This document shows, piece by piece, positions 37,532 to 47,270 of a stretch of 64,000 nucleotides of DNA (position 1 is its first letter; every line of letters begins with the position of its first letter). Source of the DNA: Nitrosopumilaceae archaeon (GTDB taxonomy: Archaea > Thermoproteota > Nitrososphaeria > Nitrososphaerales > Nitrosopumilaceae); the NCBI GenBank assembly GCA_965207375.1, contig OZ242274.1, positions 608,001-672,000 on the forward strand, in the 5' to 3' direction. A program made the translations under genes and the position numbers. The notes under the pieces were generated by a model. The model ran no database searches, was not told the origin of the DNA, and worked only from the letters and a program-made list of their open reading frames with translations.

Positions 37532-38583
37532 TATTTTATCCTCGCCACCGCTATTGTCAAATCAGGCGGAAATTTTTGCTTTTGCACAACTAGCTGCCCC
37601 TCAGATACTAGCATTGCAGCAGCTTCAGAAACACTTGCGGTTCCCTCAAATGCCTTTACTGTGTCTGAGGGATTAGGAGCCTCCACCAAGGCAAGCTCCT
37701 CTCTGTTTACATGTTGTATTGCTACCTTCATCTCGCCTGCTGCATCAATTAGGCCTTGCACGTCCTGAGATTTTTTAATAGATGCAAATTTTGCAATAGA
37801 TTTTGAACTCAGGCCGAATTTTTTACAAACCTGCATTATTCCCTCTCTGATTGTCTCCTTTGATGTATCCTGGTGAAGTCCTATTCCAAAAACCAGTGAT
37901 TTGGGTCTGTAAATGACGGATTTTTGCTGTATCTTCTCTTCAATTGTTTCATCTGAAATAATCAGACAGGCCTTAGAATCTGAGTTTTTCATTTCATTAT
38001 AATTGTCATATAATGTGACATTTTTTGGTAGTTCTTTGCTCCACCAATTTTTCTGCCCTGCATTTTGAAACACTGCTATTTTTTCTGCATTAACCATGTG
38101 TGCACTAGTTGCAGTTACCGTTGAATCATCCTCAATACTCCATCCAAACTCCTTTCCTACTAGGTCAACTGATATTGTTTTATTCACATCTGCAGCCGTC
38201 GTTATTACCGCCCTTGAATTTAGTTTGTCTGCAATGTCTTGTGATAATTGATTGGCACCTCCCAAATGACCGGATAACAAACTTATCACAAAATCGGCAT
38301 GATCATCAATTACAATTACTGCCGGATCCGTCTTTTTGTCCTTCAGGTGGGGAGCTATGAGCCTAACAACTGCACCTAGAGAAAACAAGCAAACTAGTGC
38401 CTCATTTGTTTTAAACAACTCTTCAATTTTTTTTGCAGCAGGCTCGCCAAACCACACTATGCCAGATTCGTTACTAGAAAATTTTGCAGGTGCAAAAAGC
38501 TGCCAATTTTGATAAACTTTTTTGATTTTCTTGCCTATGACAATTCCATTTTTTGTTATTGCCAAAATCGCGACTCTTTCCAC
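37528..38583 (-). CDS. cbiG: Cobalt-precorrin-5A hydrolase
   Basis: DKKTDPAV, LSGHLGGAN, ITTAAD and SVSEAAA motifs. Confidence 0.93.
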   Translation of the reverse strand: MERVAILAITKNGIVIGKKIKKVYQNWQLFAPAKFSSNESGIVWFGEPAAKKIEELFKTNEALVCLFSLGAVVRLIAPHLKDKKTDPAVIVIDDHADFVISLLSGHLGGANQLSQDIADKLNSRAVITTAADVNKTISVDLVGKEFGWSIEDDSTVTATSAHMVNAEKIAVFQNAGQKNWWSKELPKNVTLYDNYNEMKNSDSKACLIISDETIEEKIQQKSVIYRPKSLVFGIGLHQDTSKETIREGIMQVCKKFGLSSKSIAKFASIKKSQDVQGLIDAAGEMKVAIQHVNREELALVEAPNPSDTVKAFEGTASVSEAAAMLVSEGQLVVQKQKFPPDLTIAVARIKY

Positions 38584-38615
38584 AATTTTGCCTTTACAAT
38601 TTTAATAAAATACCT

Positions 38616-39692
38616 TTACCTTCTAGCAAGAATAGTGCCATCAAAATCAAACAATACTACCTTTACTGCGACCTTTTGTTCGGAAAAATCCCTCATATGC
38701 TTGTATACATGATCGCATATCTTTTGAAAAAAGCCGTCAATTTTACGCTCTTTGATGATTTCAGATACGTGTCTTGCAGTGTTTGCAGCCAAAATCTCTG
38801 CAAATACAGATTCTTTGGCATCGCATTTAGCAGCCAACTCTGCCAAAAATCTCATATCCACCTTTGAACCCTTGACATGAGTTTGTTTTACTCCTGCTGC
38901 CATTTTGGCTAGTTTGCCAACAAATCCAACAACATATGCCTCTTTGATTCCTTTTTTTGCACACTGCTGGATTGTATATCCTGAAAAATCACCCATTTGA
39001 ACAAAGCAATGTTGCCGCAGGCGTATTATTTTCTTTGAAAGCTCCTCACTTCTTGCCCCTGTCGTCAAAACAACTATTTTGTCTTTTGCAGCTAGTGCCA
39101 CGTCCAAGTTTTGTCGTATTGATGCTGCATACGATGCTGTTGAAAACGGTATTACAATTCCGCTGGTACCTAGTATGGATATTCCTCCCACTATTCCTAA
39201 TCTGGGATTATCCGTTTTTGGTGCAAGTTCTCTTCCACTTGGCACCGAAATTATAATTTTAATTCCATGTTTTTGTAAAACATCACTACCTATTTCTTTT
39301 ACATTTTCAACAATCATCTTTTTTGGAACCGGATTTATCGCTGCCTTGTTTAATTCGAGTCCTAGTCCTGGTTTTGTCACTATACCTACTCCTGTACCTC
39401 CATTAATCTCAACCTCATTGATTTTTTTGGTCAACTCCAAATCCACTATTATCTCTGCACCGTGTGTGACATCTGGATCATCTCCACCATCTTTGATAAC
39501 TGAGCATGATGCATGCGTATTTGAAAAATCACATTTTTGAATTTTAATGTCCAGATAGTCTCCCCTTGGAATTTTTACATTTACATTTTTGATATTTTTT
39601 TTGTTAATTATTGCTAGTAACGAGGCCTTTGCAGCAGCAGCTGCACATGTTCCTGTCGTAAAACCATTTCGAAGTCCCTTTGAATTTTCCAC
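38616..39692 (-). CDS. cbiD: Cobalt-precorrin-5B C1-methyltransferase
   Basis: GFTTGTCAAAA, KDGGDDPDVTHG and GGISILGT motifs. Confidence 0.95.
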   Translation of the reverse strand: MENSKGLRNGFTTGTCAAAAAKASLLAIINKKNIKNVNVKIPRGDYLDIKIQKCDFSNTHASCSVIKDGGDDPDVTHGAEIIVDLELTKKINEVEINGGTGVGIVTKPGLGLELNKAAINPVPKKMIVENVKEIGSDVLQKHGIKIIISVPSGRELAPKTDNPRLGIVGGISILGTSGIVIPFSTASYAASIRQNLDVALAAKDKIVVLTTGARSEELSKKIIRLRQHCFVQMGDFSGYTIQQCAKKGIKEAYVVGFVGKLAKMAAGVKQTHVKGSKVDMRFLAELAAKCDAKESVFAEILAANTARHVSEIIKERKIDGFFQKICDHVYKHMRDFSEQKVAVKVVLFDFDGTILARR

Positions 39693-39699
39693 ATCTTTG

Positions 39700-40335
39700 T
39701 TATTTTGTATAAGATATTATTTGTTCTTGTAATTTCCAGTTTTGTTTTGGAATGTCATTGAACCTTGATTTCCGTAGGCCTATCTTTTCTAATGCAAGCG
39801 TTGTTATTTTATCTCCCACCAAAGCTCCAGGAGTAAGAATTTTTGCCGGATAATTGATTTTGAATTCCATTATATCGCATGTGTTTGTAATTGATTGGGT
39901 AGGCAAATCAGGCTCTAGTTCACACAAATAGTCTACCTTTACGGTTTGTGTTTCTCCAAGACACGAATCATATTTTACATAAAAGGACACTAGGTTTGGT
40001 ATAGGGTATGGTTTCTTTGGCTCGTGTTTCCTAATCTCTACATCCGTTAGACTGTTTCCTAATCTGTCCATCACATCTATCACTTGGCTTGTCTTCATTT
40101 TTGTAAGCAGATCTATGTCTATGCTTAATCTTTGCACAGGCAATTCTGTATGAAACGGCATGCACATTCCGCCCCGAATTACGGAATCTATCTATTTACA
40201 AATGTGGTAATTCATCTCAAAATCCATGATGAATTTTTCTACATAGACGGAATTTACAAATCCCATCTTCTCTGCAATTCTTTTGATGTTGGATTTTTGT
40301 AGCTCAGCTGCAAAATGATACAGGTTATGTCGCAC
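39700..40335 (-). pseudogene. AbiEii-like nucleotidyltransferase toxin, inactivated
   Basis: GTG start at 40335 in frame with VEKFIMD, RGG, RLSIDID and DKITT motifs; in-frame TAG at 40192-40194; C-terminus appears truncated. Confidence 0.75.
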
Positions 40336-42238
40336 CCCCAAGATAGTCCTTCAACTTTTTTGACATGTTTTTGTGTCTTGCAAGTGTCTCTAATTTGTCC
40401 TGACTTGCTAGGTTGTTTTCTATTAGCTGATCTAGTATGTTTGCTAGCTCGTCGTGACGTATGTAATGGCCGCCACGACTTGTCTCTCCGAGCAGGTCTA
40501 ACCACGCCTTCTCGGGGGAGGCCCACGTGTCTTTAGATACTGTAGAGTATTCTCTGATAACTATGAACTGTTTTTTTTCCGAGTACTCTAGTGCATTTTT
40601 GATGTCTTTTGTACTAGGATTCAAAAGTATTGTAGAGTTTGATTTGTGCTCTGTTATAATGTCGTATAGATACTGTCCTGCACCTTTGCTCACCTCGATA
40701 TTGTAGATCATTTTGTTGTATGCATTTTGCAGGTATGGCTCTAGCGTACTGAGAGCTGTAAACTGAAAATCAAATTCAAATTTTTCTATCAGGAACTCGT
40801 GCAAACCTTGCAATACGTCAACTATTGAATAGTTGGCAAGCAGAGTCATTTCTTTAGATTTTTGTCTTGGTGTTTTCTCTCGTGTTTCTGTCCAATCCTT
40901 TACAAATTTATTCCACATTACGTTTCGTTCCTTTAAGAAAATTTTGTATTTTTCAGGCTCGGCTAGTATAGATTTTGCCTCTAATTCTATCATACCTATG
41001 AGAAACAACGGATTTCCAACTATGCCAAAAATCGGACTTTTCCTGTTTATCTTTATCTTGTATCCCTCATCTACTCTTTGAAGATCATACAGTTGATCAT
41101 CTAGTCCATTATCAAAATTAAGTGAAATGTTTTCAGAGTTATGTTGAACCTCAAATGATTGCGCCTTGTTTAGCAGAGCCTTTGCATTTGTGCGACTTAT
41201 TCGAGGTTTTATTTTGCCGCGGATTTTATCATTGTCAAAATAATCCAATACAGTTTGAATGGATGTGATCGGTGGAGCCTTGTTTATAGAACTACGTAGA
41301 GTACTGACCACTGTGGGATTTGTTATGAACTTATCTACTGCCTCTCTGTATTCATATGATTCTTCGATAAATCCAGTTTTATGAAAATTTACCGGTACAT
41401 GATCCAGATGTATTTCCCCTACAATCTTTGCAACTTCGGGATGATTGCGTATTCCAAACTTGTCAAAGGCCTTGATCAGGCGATTGTTTTTATACAGATG
41501 TACGCCATATTCACCTTTTATGGAGCGTTTTTCTAAAAGGCCAATCCATCCTTTGATGTAGTTGTTGTGTGCAAGTTCTACATTTACCTCTTTTTTACTT
41601 CCTTTCTGAATCGATACCTCTATTGATTTACAAACACGCGTGTTGAGGTACAGTGAAATTTGATTTGATTTTATGTATTTGCCGTACCGTATTCCAAAGT
41701 TTTTTCTTAATGTCGTTGTTTGGTTTGGATATATTGGAATCCTTAACTTTGTTATTCTAACAGTTGTTCCATGCCACGGTCTGCATTTTTTTCTTGTTTT
41801 GATTTCAAAATTTTCCCACGTTCTAGATGCATCATTTAGCCATTGGTTCTCGTCATAGCAAACATGATACTCCAAGTCAGAATTTTCTGTGGCAGTCGTT
41901 ATGGCAAAGGATTGACCAAGAGTAGAGCATGCACTTTTCATCCCTAACCCAAACTTGCCTAATTTCTTGCTGTCATGTTTTGTTTCCATTGCAACTGTCA
42001 GGCCATTTTGCAGTTGCTGCATGTCCATTCCAATACCGTCATCAGATACGGAGATGGCCTTTTCTGTATAATCAAGAACCACATCAATACGCTGCATGTT
42101 CTCATCAATTCTGGCATCAATTGAATTATCCAATAATTCAGATATTGCCTGCGATGTTTTGTAGCCGGTTAGGCCCAATTTCTGAATCAGGCTCTTATCT
42201 GGTGTGATGTTAATGGTTGTTTTTCCTGCCATTTTCAA
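40325..42238 (-). CDS. GHKL (MORC/HATPase_c_3-type) ATPase with C-terminal AbiEi-like domain
   Basis: ELLDNSIDA, DDGIGM, GKFGLGMK and HGT.V.I motifs plus S5-like region; C-terminal ASPEKAWLDL. Confidence 0.75.
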   Translation of the reverse strand: MKMAGKTTINITPDKSLIQKLGLTGYKTSQAISELLDNSIDARIDENMQRIDVVLDYTEKAISVSDDGIGMDMQQLQNGLTVAMETKHDSKKLGKFGLGMKSACSTLGQSFAITTATENSDLEYHVCYDENQWLNDASRTWENFEIKTRKKCRPWHGTTVRITKLRIPIYPNQTTTLRKNFGIRYGKYIKSNQISLYLNTRVCKSIEVSIQKGSKKEVNVELAHNNYIKGWIGLLEKRSIKGEYGVHLYKNNRLIKAFDKFGIRNHPEVAKIVGEIHLDHVPVNFHKTGFIEESYEYREAVDKFITNPTVVSTLRSSINKAPPITSIQTVLDYFDNDKIRGKIKPRISRTNAKALLNKAQSFEVQHNSENISLNFDNGLDDQLYDLQRVDEGYKIKINRKSPIFGIVGNPLFLIGMIELEAKSILAEPEKYKIFLKERNVMWNKFVKDWTETREKTPRQKSKEMTLLANYSIVDVLQGLHEFLIEKFEFDFQFTALSTLEPYLQNAYNKMIYNIEVSKGAGQYLYDIITEHKSNSTILLNPSTKDIKNALEYSEKKQFIVIREYSTVSKDTWASPEKAWLDLLGETSRGGHYIRHDELANILDQLIENNLASQDKLETLARHKNMSKKLKDYLGGAT

Positions 42239-42363
42239 GAACTTAATATGCTATATTTATTAAATTTTAGCAAATAATTCATGCCTATTATAAAATTAAT
42301 TATATTTTATATGCTAATTTATGTTACTAATTGCATACTACGATAAATTATCTGGAATAGGAT

Positions 42364-42500
42364 GTAACTGCACGCCGGTCCTAGGATTTTATGCACAAAA
42401 CCAGCAGTTGACTCTCCTGTGCCGATTGGATATTCAGCTAAACGAAATGTGTGCAAAATAGGCCAAAATCACGCCTCTAGAGAATTTTATGCGCAGTTAC
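42364..42500. mobile_element. Putative 137-bp MITE with GTAA...TTAC ends
   Basis: GTAACTGCAC / GCGCAGTTAC 9/10 inverted; internal 37 bp repeated at 23558; no TSD seen. Confidence 0.5.
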
Positions 42501-42514
42501 TACAAAACCAATTC

Positions 42515-43861
42515 TTATGCAAGACTCTTGCATGTCTCATCTAGTTTCTTTAGACTTTCTGTCGAACCTATGTCCTCTCTGTATTCTAGCGGACCTGACA
42601 CAAGAGTCTTGATTGCATGATTTATTGTATCTGATGCAGTAGTGATACTATCTGAAACACAGACAAGTGCTACAACTCGTGATTTTTTCATAGTTTGGTA
42701 TTTGTCTTTCTCGGTTCTTATGCAAGCGCCAAAATATACATCCACTCCTAACTTGGCCATCTGTTTGTCATCCATATCAAATGAAACGGCATCCGGGCTT
42801 GCAGCAGGATACTCTTTTGCCACAAGATACTTTACTACACTTGCTTTGTTTGCAAACGAGACTATCTGGTCACTTAGAGTCTTATCCCATATGCGGGTTA
42901 AAATCTCAGAAAAGGAACTATCAAGGACGCCAAGTATGTTAAGTCCCTCTGGATCGCCAAAGCGACAGTTAAACTCCATGAATCTGATTCCATGACGCGT
43001 CTTAAAAAATCCGCCGTTGAGCACGCCATTAAATGATAAATCCTTTGTCCTTAACTCATAAAGTATCTTTTGCATTATTAATTTACAATCATCAAAATCT
43101 TTCTGGCTCATAAACGGCAGCCTTTTGTTGCTGTCGGTAAAACATCCCATGCCACCTGTTCCGGGCCCCGTATCTCCCTCACATCTGAATGGATAGTCAT
43201 AGCTTGCAGGAGACATTACAAGATGTATTCCATCTGTGATTCCCATTATTGTAAACTCTATGCCCTGTAGTTTTTCAACTACCAACACTTGCTCATCTGA
43301 GCGCTCCCTTAGTAACTGTGATATGTAGTCTGTACACTGTTGCCTGTCTGCTAGATGTTGAGGCATTACCTTTACGCCCTTGCCACCGGTGAGTCCTTGT
43401 GGTTTTACCACCACCTGCAAACCACGCGATTCAAACTCGTCTAGTATATCGTCTATCTCTTGAGATTTTGAAATAATCCTGTAAAACGGTGTAAATTCCG
43501 GACATGTCTTTTTCATCATCTCGATGGAATATACCTTGTCCCATTCTATTCGTGCTGCCTCCTTTGTTGGTCCTATGGCTCTAATTCCGCCTGCAATTAA
43601 GACATCTATTACGCCGTTGGCTAGCGGTTCGTCAGAGGAAACAAATGCATAATCGATTTTGTTGTCTTTTGCAAAATCTAGAATCAAATTTGCATCATTG
43701 ATGTCGCCTATCACATATACTCCCCCCGACTGTTCCACACAGTCTATAATTGAGCTGTTCTTGTGACCAATTACGGCATAAATCTGTGCATCTTTTGCAA
43801 GCTTTGCAGCAAACGCACCCTCGCGCCCCCCACTTCCAACAATGAGGAACCTTTCTTTCAT
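42515..43861 (-). CDS. purD: Phosphoribosylamine-glycine ligase
   Basis: GSGGRE, GGKGV, GDTGPGTGGMG and EFNCRFGDPE motifs; start moved to MKERF. Confidence 0.92.
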   Translation of the reverse strand: MKERFLIVGSGGREGAFAAKLAKDAQIYAVIGHKNSSIIDCVEQSGGVYVIGDINDANLILDFAKDNKIDYAFVSSDEPLANGVIDVLIAGGIRAIGPTKEAARIEWDKVYSIEMMKKTCPEFTPFYRIISKSQEIDDILDEFESRGLQVVVKPQGLTGGKGVKVMPQHLADRQQCTDYISQLLRERSDEQVLVVEKLQGIEFTIMGITDGIHLVMSPASYDYPFRCEGDTGPGTGGMGCFTDSNKRLPFMSQKDFDDCKLIMQKILYELRTKDLSFNGVLNGGFFKTRHGIRFMEFNCRFGDPEGLNILGVLDSSFSEILTRIWDKTLSDQIVSFANKASVVKYLVAKEYPAASPDAVSFDMDDKQMAKLGVDVYFGACIRTEKDKYQTMKKSRVVALVCVSDSITTASDTINHAIKTLVSGPLEYREDIGSTESLKKLDETCKSLA

Positions 43862-44100
43862 GATATACCGTATTTCCTGATTTCTTATATAATGTATACC
43901 TGCTAGGCCTAGAACAGCAGATGTCTGCAATCAACACTACAGTCTCTTACCTTCTCAGTAGAGGCAAAAGTTGCCAGTTCAGACTAGACAATTATGTAAT
44001 ATCAAAAGTTATCTCATAAAAAAATCCGCAGTTCTAGGCATCTAAGCCGACAGAACCAAAATCTTGTATATTTAAAAATAAACACTAGCAGATTAGAACT

Positions 44101-44949
44101 GTGAAAAAGACTTGTCTATCTGTTGCAATTACCGGTGCTAGTGGGTTTATTGCAAAAAATCTTCGAAAAACCCTCTCATCTGAATATGATTTAGTTAGTT
44201 TTTCACGAAATGACTTTACCTCTTTTGAAAATGAAACCAAAGTAATTACTGATTATTCAGAGTCACATCTACATTCTAATCTCAAATCATGCAATGTCTT
44301 GATTCATTTGATAGGAATTGGAAAACAGAGCACTCGTTACACCTATTACAATATCAACTCTCAAATCACCTCTAATTTACTAAACGCATGCAAATCAACA
44401 TCGGTTACCAAAATCATCTATCTTAGCGGACTAGGCGTTTCCTCAAAAAACACATCAACCTATTTCATTTCAAAGTATGAATCTGAAAAAATCATCATCA
44501 GCTCCGGCCTAGATTATACCATATTCCGACCCTCCTACATCATTGGAAAAAACGATTATCTATCAAAATCACTCAAATCCCAAATCAAAAAAAATAACAT
44601 TCTGATCCCCGGAACCGGAAAATACATCATCCAGCCCATACATATTTGCGATGTCGTACGTATCATTGCAGATTCCCTTTCTAAAAAGAAATTCTCAAAT
44701 AAAATTATTGATCTTGTAGGGCCTCAAAAACTCACCTTTGAAAAATATGTCTCACTATTTTCCAAAAAAACCCCGGCTCGAATCACAAAGATTCCCCTAC
44801 AAGATGCCCTCAAAAATGCATTAACTGATCCAAACTATATTTACAGTTTAGATGATCTAAATATCTTGCTTGGAGGGTTTGTAGGCGATTTTGACAAACT
44901 AGACAAAATTTACAGCAACCAAATAAGACCTGTCAGGAATTTTTTATAA
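44101..44949 (+). CDS. NAD-dependent epimerase/dehydratase (atypical SDR)
   Basis: TGASGFIA, YxxxK and RPS motifs. Confidence 0.85.
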   Translation: MKKTCLSVAITGASGFIAKNLRKTLSSEYDLVSFSRNDFTSFENETKVITDYSESHLHSNLKSCNVLIHLIGIGKQSTRYTYYNINSQITSNLLNACKSTSVTKIIYLSGLGVSSKNTSTYFISKYESEKIIISSGLDYTIFRPSYIIGKNDYLSKSLKSQIKKNNILIPGTGKYIIQPIHICDVVRIIADSLSKKKFSNKIIDLVGPQKLTFEKYVSLFSKKTPARITKIPLQDALKNALTDPNYIYSLDDLNILLGGFVGDFDKLDKIYSNQIRPVRNFL

Positions 44950-46110
44950 CCCTGCTGCCTGCCTCAATGATGCTGCCTTTGCAGTATTCTCCCATGTAAA
45001 GTCGGGATCCTGCCTTCCAAAGTGACCATATGCTGCAGTCTTTCTATAAATTGGCCTTTTTAGATCCAACTGTGCGACAATTTCTGATGGCCTCATGTCG
45101 AAATTATCTTTGATGATTTCCTCTATTTTTTCCTCTGAGATTTTGTTTGTTCCAAATGTGTTTATCATGAGGGAAACTGGTTCTGCAACGCCTATAGCAT
45201 AAGCAACTTGCACTTCACACCTGTTTGCTAGTCCCGCTGCTACTACATTTTTTGCTATATATCTGCACATGTAACATGCAGATCTGTCAACCTTTGATGG
45301 ATCCTTGCCTGAAAAGGCACCTCCGCCGTGCCTTCCGAATCCACCATATGTATCTACAATAATTTTTCTTCCTGTTAATCCTGCATCCCCATGTGGACCA
45401 CCAATTTCAAATTTTCCAGTTGGATTTACATGCACTGTAATATCATCATTCCACCACTGTCCACATACAGGCTTTACAATTTTGTCTACTAGCTCGTTCC
45501 GAATAGTTTCATTTGAAATATTTGGTGTGTGCTGTGTGGATACTACTATTGTGCGTATCTTTGTAGGTGTACCATCCTTGTACAATACTGAAACCTGTGA
45601 TTTTCCATCCGGCCTGAGCCATGGAATCTCCTTTGATTTTCTAAGCTCTGCAAGCTTTGCAGTTAATTTATGCGACAACAAAATAGGTAACGGCATAAGC
45701 TCTTTGGTTTCATTTGTAGCATATCCAAACATCAGGCCCTGATCCCCTGCACCCTGTTCCTTACCATCTGCTGCAGTTACACCCTGACTGATATCCTGAC
45801 TTTGAGAATGAAGTCTTAGATCCACCTCACATGATTTGTCATCAAATTTTAATTGTGGATCGTCATATCCAATCTCTCTTATCACCTTTCTTACTAACTG
45901 CTCTTGGGCCGATTTATCAAAAGCTGCCTTTGAGGTAACCTCTCCTGCAACTGCAACAAAACCCGTGGTAGTCATTGTTTCTACGGCCACCCTAGAATCA
46001 GGATCCTGTCTGATCAGTTCATCTAGAATCGCATCTGATATCTGATCACATATTTTGTCAGGATGTCCTTCGGTAACTGATTCTGACGTAAATAGAAATG
46101 TTTTAGACAT
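44944..46110 (-). CDS. metK: S-adenosylmethionine synthetase (bacterial/eukaryotic type)
   Basis: [17 protein letters not shown] and GGGAFSGKD motifs. Confidence 0.97.
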   Translation of the reverse strand: MSKTFLFTSESVTEGHPDKICDQISDAILDELIRQDPDSRVAVETMTTTGFVAVAGEVTSKAAFDKSAQEQLVRKVIREIGYDDPQLKFDDKSCEVDLRLHSQSQDISQGVTAADGKEQGAGDQGLMFGYATNETKELMPLPILLSHKLTAKLAELRKSKEIPWLRPDGKSQVSVLYKDGTPTKIRTIVVSTQHTPNISNETIRNELVDKIVKPVCGQWWNDDITVHVNPTGKFEIGGPHGDAGLTGRKIIVDTYGGFGRHGGGAFSGKDPSKVDRSACYMCRYIAKNVVAAGLANRCEVQVAYAIGVAEPVSLMINTFGTNKISEEKIEEIIKDNFDMRPSEIVAQLDLKRPIYRKTAAYGHFGRQDPDFTWENTAKAASLRQAAGL

Positions 46111-46122
46111 AAAAATCCCTGA

Positions 46123-46368
46123 TTACAGCTCGTTTTCTAGTTTGATGAACAATACGTTGTTTCCTCTTACTATTACTCTGCCATAATTTGCTATGGTCTT
46201 GCCTTCATGCTGTTCTTCGGCATCTGTCATGATCAAGTTCATGTAGGAATCTACATTGTCCATTTTTCCCTTGTATTCTACCTCATTTTTGAGACGCACA
46301 ATAACAAGCTTTTTCGTACTTTTTTGTAGCGTTGTTAATGGTCTTTTTGCACTCGATTGTGACATCAA
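46123..46368 (-). CDS. Sm-like (Lsm) protein
   Basis: Sm1 G...D.YMN and Sm2 VRGNNV motifs. Confidence 0.92.
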   Translation of the reverse strand: MMSQSSAKRPLTTLQKSTKKLVIVRLKNEVEYKGKMDNVDSYMNLIMTDAEEQHEGKTIANYGRVIVRGNNVLFIKLENEL

Positions 46369-46471
46369 TTAATCACTTGAGTGCTTTGCTTGTCTTCTAG
46401 AATAAAAGCCTTGCCTATTGCCGTCTATCAAAAGACATTGCATTAATTTTCTGGTATTGTTTGCAGATATC

Positions 46472-47119
46472 ATGGGCACAGGACTCTCCTGTCTGGATGA
46501 ATTCTTTGATGGGAAAATTCCAGACGGGATCTTGGTAGATGTTTTTGGACCTAGCGCAATAGGCAAAACACAACTTGCAATGCAAATATCTGTCAACACC
46601 GTTTCTGAAACGAATAAAATCCTGTTTCAGGATACCACTGGCGCATTTAGACCCGAACGCATGCTTGAAATGCTCAGGTCAAACAATTTGCCAACGCAAT
46701 ACCTCAACAATGTCTCTGTTTCAAGAATAACCAATGTTTCTGAACAACTCAATATCTTATCCACAATTGATCCTTCACAATATTCCTTGATTGTAATTGA
46801 CGGCATCTCTGAATTGTTTTCATTTGAATATGGAAACCCGGATCAATTTTTTGAAAAAAACAGATTGTTTTTAAAATACATTCGCAGTCTTTCCTCATAT
46901 GCACTAGAAAATAAAATTACAATACTATTTACCAACGTCATGAGGACCATCGATGATAAACAGGTTGAAAACAATTCACAGATACTAGACATGTTTACAC
47001 ATGTCAAAATCAAACTTGAAAAGGTCAACGATTGCTCCTATTTTACCTGTTTTACTGCATTTGATAAGATCAGATTCCCCTTTCAAATTATGTCACCCGG
47101 ACTAGTCAGACTGCCTTAA
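46472..47119 (+). CDS. RecA/RadA superfamily ATPase (RadB-like)
   Basis: LDEFFDG, GPSAIGKTQL, DT...FRPER and LIVID motifs. Confidence 0.8.
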   Translation: MGTGLSCLDEFFDGKIPDGILVDVFGPSAIGKTQLAMQISVNTVSETNKILFQDTTGAFRPERMLEMLRSNNLPTQYLNNVSVSRITNVSEQLNILSTIDPSQYSLIVIDGISELFSFEYGNPDQFFEKNRLFLKYIRSLSSYALENKITILFTNVMRTIDDKQVENNSQILDMFTHVKIKLEKVNDCSYFTCFTAFDKIRFPFQIMSPGLVRLP

Positions 47120-47150
47120 AGTTATTTAGTGGTGTCTTTGTTCTATTGAC

Positions 47151-47270
47151 ATGGCAGAAATATTTGACTCTATACCAGTTATTACTGTAATCTTGTTTGC
47201 TATAGGTCTAGTCGGTGTAATTGTGTATGAAAAAACTCGAATTAAACAAGCAGAGTCGACCAGTGATTGA
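47151..47270 (+). CDS. Small single-TM protein (39 aa, not in ORF track)
   Basis: MAEIFDSIPVITVILFAIGLVGVIVYEKTRIKQAESTSD; overlaps the Lhr GTG start. Confidence 0.55.
   Translation: MAEIFDSIPVITVILFAIGLVGVIVYEKTRIKQAESTSD

Noticed and set aside
40192-40194. In-frame TAG as pyrrolysine or programmed read-through
   Set aside because: No pyl genes in view and the gene also appears 3'-truncated; a nonsense mutation is simpler
44033-44044. 12-bp inverted match to the IS110-A right junction (TAGATGCCTAGA)
   Set aside because: No extension on either side; could be chance
44944-46110. Bacterial-type MetK in an archaeon as a novelty
   Set aside because: To my knowledge this type is already known in Nitrososphaerota; no sign of recent insertion here
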